DNA from: Epithemia pelagica
Taxonomy: Eukaryota; Protista; Bacillariophyta
DNA length: 64,000 nt
Direction: 5' to 3'
Assembly: GCA_946965045.2 (NCBI GenBank)
Contig: OX337236.1
Coordinates: 1,922,001 to 1,986,000, forward strand
Shown here: in pieces, positions 62,768-64,000 of the stretch
How the letters are laid out: the number at the start of each line of letters is the position of its first letter
Numbering within the stretch: the stretch's first letter is position 1
Program-made: the position numbers and the translations under genes
The notes under the pieces: generated by a model
Told to the model about the DNA's origin: nothing
The model's input: only the letters and a program-made list of their open reading frames with translations
The model's database searches: none

Positions 62768-63832
62768 TTATTTCGCTTCATTCGTTTCCCCTTCATCAGG
62801 TTTGGCTCTCTTAGTCGACGTGCTCCCAGTTGCCTGGTCTACTTTGATTCTTTGGGCAGCTAAAATTCCTCCAAGTCGGCCAGCTGCTCTTTGGACTCCC
62901 CTGGTCAAGTCGAACAAATCGTCAATCGTGTAAGTCGGTAGGCGAATGGCACCTTCCTCTTTGGTGCGGGAGTTCTCGGGATCAAGCCGCAAAAATATCC
63001 ATTCTCTGTAAGTGGTTGCCACTCCATAGAGAGGAAGGTCAACGCAAAATTGACGTTTTTGTCCTCGGCCTTCCGATGCGGCAGCCAACTGTGCCAAATT
63101 CTGGTGCAAGCCTTGAGTCGCGTTATCTTTCTTGCCTTCGGTTATGCAAATTCGGTGGTTGTGGTAGTGCGCCATCCAGTCAACCGGACCATACCCAACA
63201 GTTCCATGAATATTTTCTTCACATGCCATCTTAACTTCAGCGAGCGAGGCAGCTAAGACAAGGACAGATGAGATAAATTCTCGTCGCGTATATTCGCAGC
63301 CTCTCTCCAAAGGGTTGTATAGCTTATGTTTCAACTCGAGTTCTTTGACAGTGTGCAACAAAAGAGGATCATTGTCGGAGATTGAAAGCGCTGGAGGGAA
63401 CCGCGGATCGTCCAATTCAACATCCAAGATCTCTTTGACCCCTGCGTACTCGAGTGCTTGATGTTCATTGAATTCGGAGAAGCCGATCTGCTTTGTCTTA
63501 ATGAAAAACGTTCTCGGATATTTGGCATGCTGCAAGTAGTTGTCGGATACTTCGTGTGTATACTTATCGTTGGAAAAGATTGAGAAATCGTTCTCTATAA
63601 GCCGATTCCACTTGACGGTCGCTTCATTTCTCAGAGCATCGACAGTCAACGCAGGCAAAGAGAAGTCCGGGATTTCAAGGGAACCATACCTGCTGTATTT
63701 TAACGTCACCGAAACGAAGGACGGCGACGCAGCAGCGCTAAGCAATGTCTTACACTCGTCTGCACTCAAAGTAATAGATGATGAGGACGCACTTTGAAGC
63801 TTGGTCGCTAGCTCAAGGGGTAAAGCCGTCAT
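62768..63832 (-). CDS. 354-aa Crinkler-type protein with a PD-(D/E)xK restriction-endonuclease-like domain
   Basis: EYTRREFISSVL...CEENIHGTVGYGPVDW...ICITEGKK...GLHQNLAQL...LYGVATTYREWIFL. Confidence 0.65.
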   Translation of the reverse strand: MTALPLELATKLQSASSSSITLSADECKTLLSAAASPSFVSVTLKYSRYGSLEIPDFSLPALTVDALRNEATVKWNRLIENDFSIFSNDKYTHEVSDNYLQHAKYPRTFFIKTKQIGFSEFNEHQALEYAGVKEILDVELDDPRFPPALSISDNDPLLLHTVKELELKHKLYNPLERGCEYTRREFISSVLVLAASLAEVKMACEENIHGTVGYGPVDWMAHYHNHRICITEGKKDNATQGLHQNLAQLAAASEGRGQKRQFCVDLPLYGVATTYREWIFLRLDPENSRTKEEGAIRLPTYTIDDLFDLTRGVQRAAGRLGGILAAQRIKVDQATGSTSTKRAKPDEGETNEAK

Positions 63833-64000
63833 AATACAATGACTGTTAGACGTTGGACATGATTGGGTCGTTTCATGCGCTGTCGCAGCAGCAGATGAGA
63901 TGAGATGAATTGAGATTTTGTTGTCGGAACCTACGGTCGACGCACAGACTAAATTTTTCGCAGACAGTTTCCCTCCGGGACGGGACGGGCGCCAACCGTT

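Noticed and set aside
1-64000. Bacterial or viral origin of the window, suggested by GSIII, Nth and REase genes
   Set aside because: GT-AG introns, organelle presequences, POP1, BAR, SET, hAT and copia elements all indicate eukaryotic nuclear DNA.

Overview
Eukaryotic, intron-poor nuclear DNA, most likely from a diatom. The clues are bipartite signal-peptide/F-or-W plastid presequences, a mitochondrial-type glutamine synthetase III and a CoDi-like Ty1/copia element. Left part (1-21414): a rearranged head-to-tail minus-strand array downstream of POP1. One ~170-aa header with a mitochondrial-presequence-like composition is joined to two unrelated Crinkler/RHS-like NTPase+nuclease bodies. The array also holds a ~5.67-kb tandem amplification, a captured DDE-transposase fragment, a partial POP1 duplicate and a broken F-box/FIST gene. 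Middle (21941-39477): ordinary single-copy genes (GSIII, two plastid-targeted proteins, JmjC NO66-like, VWA/Cache, WD40-like). Best finding: a structurally intact 7,049-bp hAT DNA transposon (41897-48945; 16-bp TIRs with one mismatch, perfect 8-bp TSD CCCCCAAA). Besides a full DDE transposase it carries an intact convergent endonuclease-III-like HhH-GPD DNA glycosylase gene. It sits inside a glycosyltransferase-sulfotransferase fusion gene whose frame is restored exactly when the element and one TSD are removed. Right part: a BAR-domain gene, an ankyrin+SET gene, a truncated CoDi-like retrotransposon, gene fragments and a further CRN-type nuclease gene. All domain calls come from motif recognition by eye; no database searches were run.
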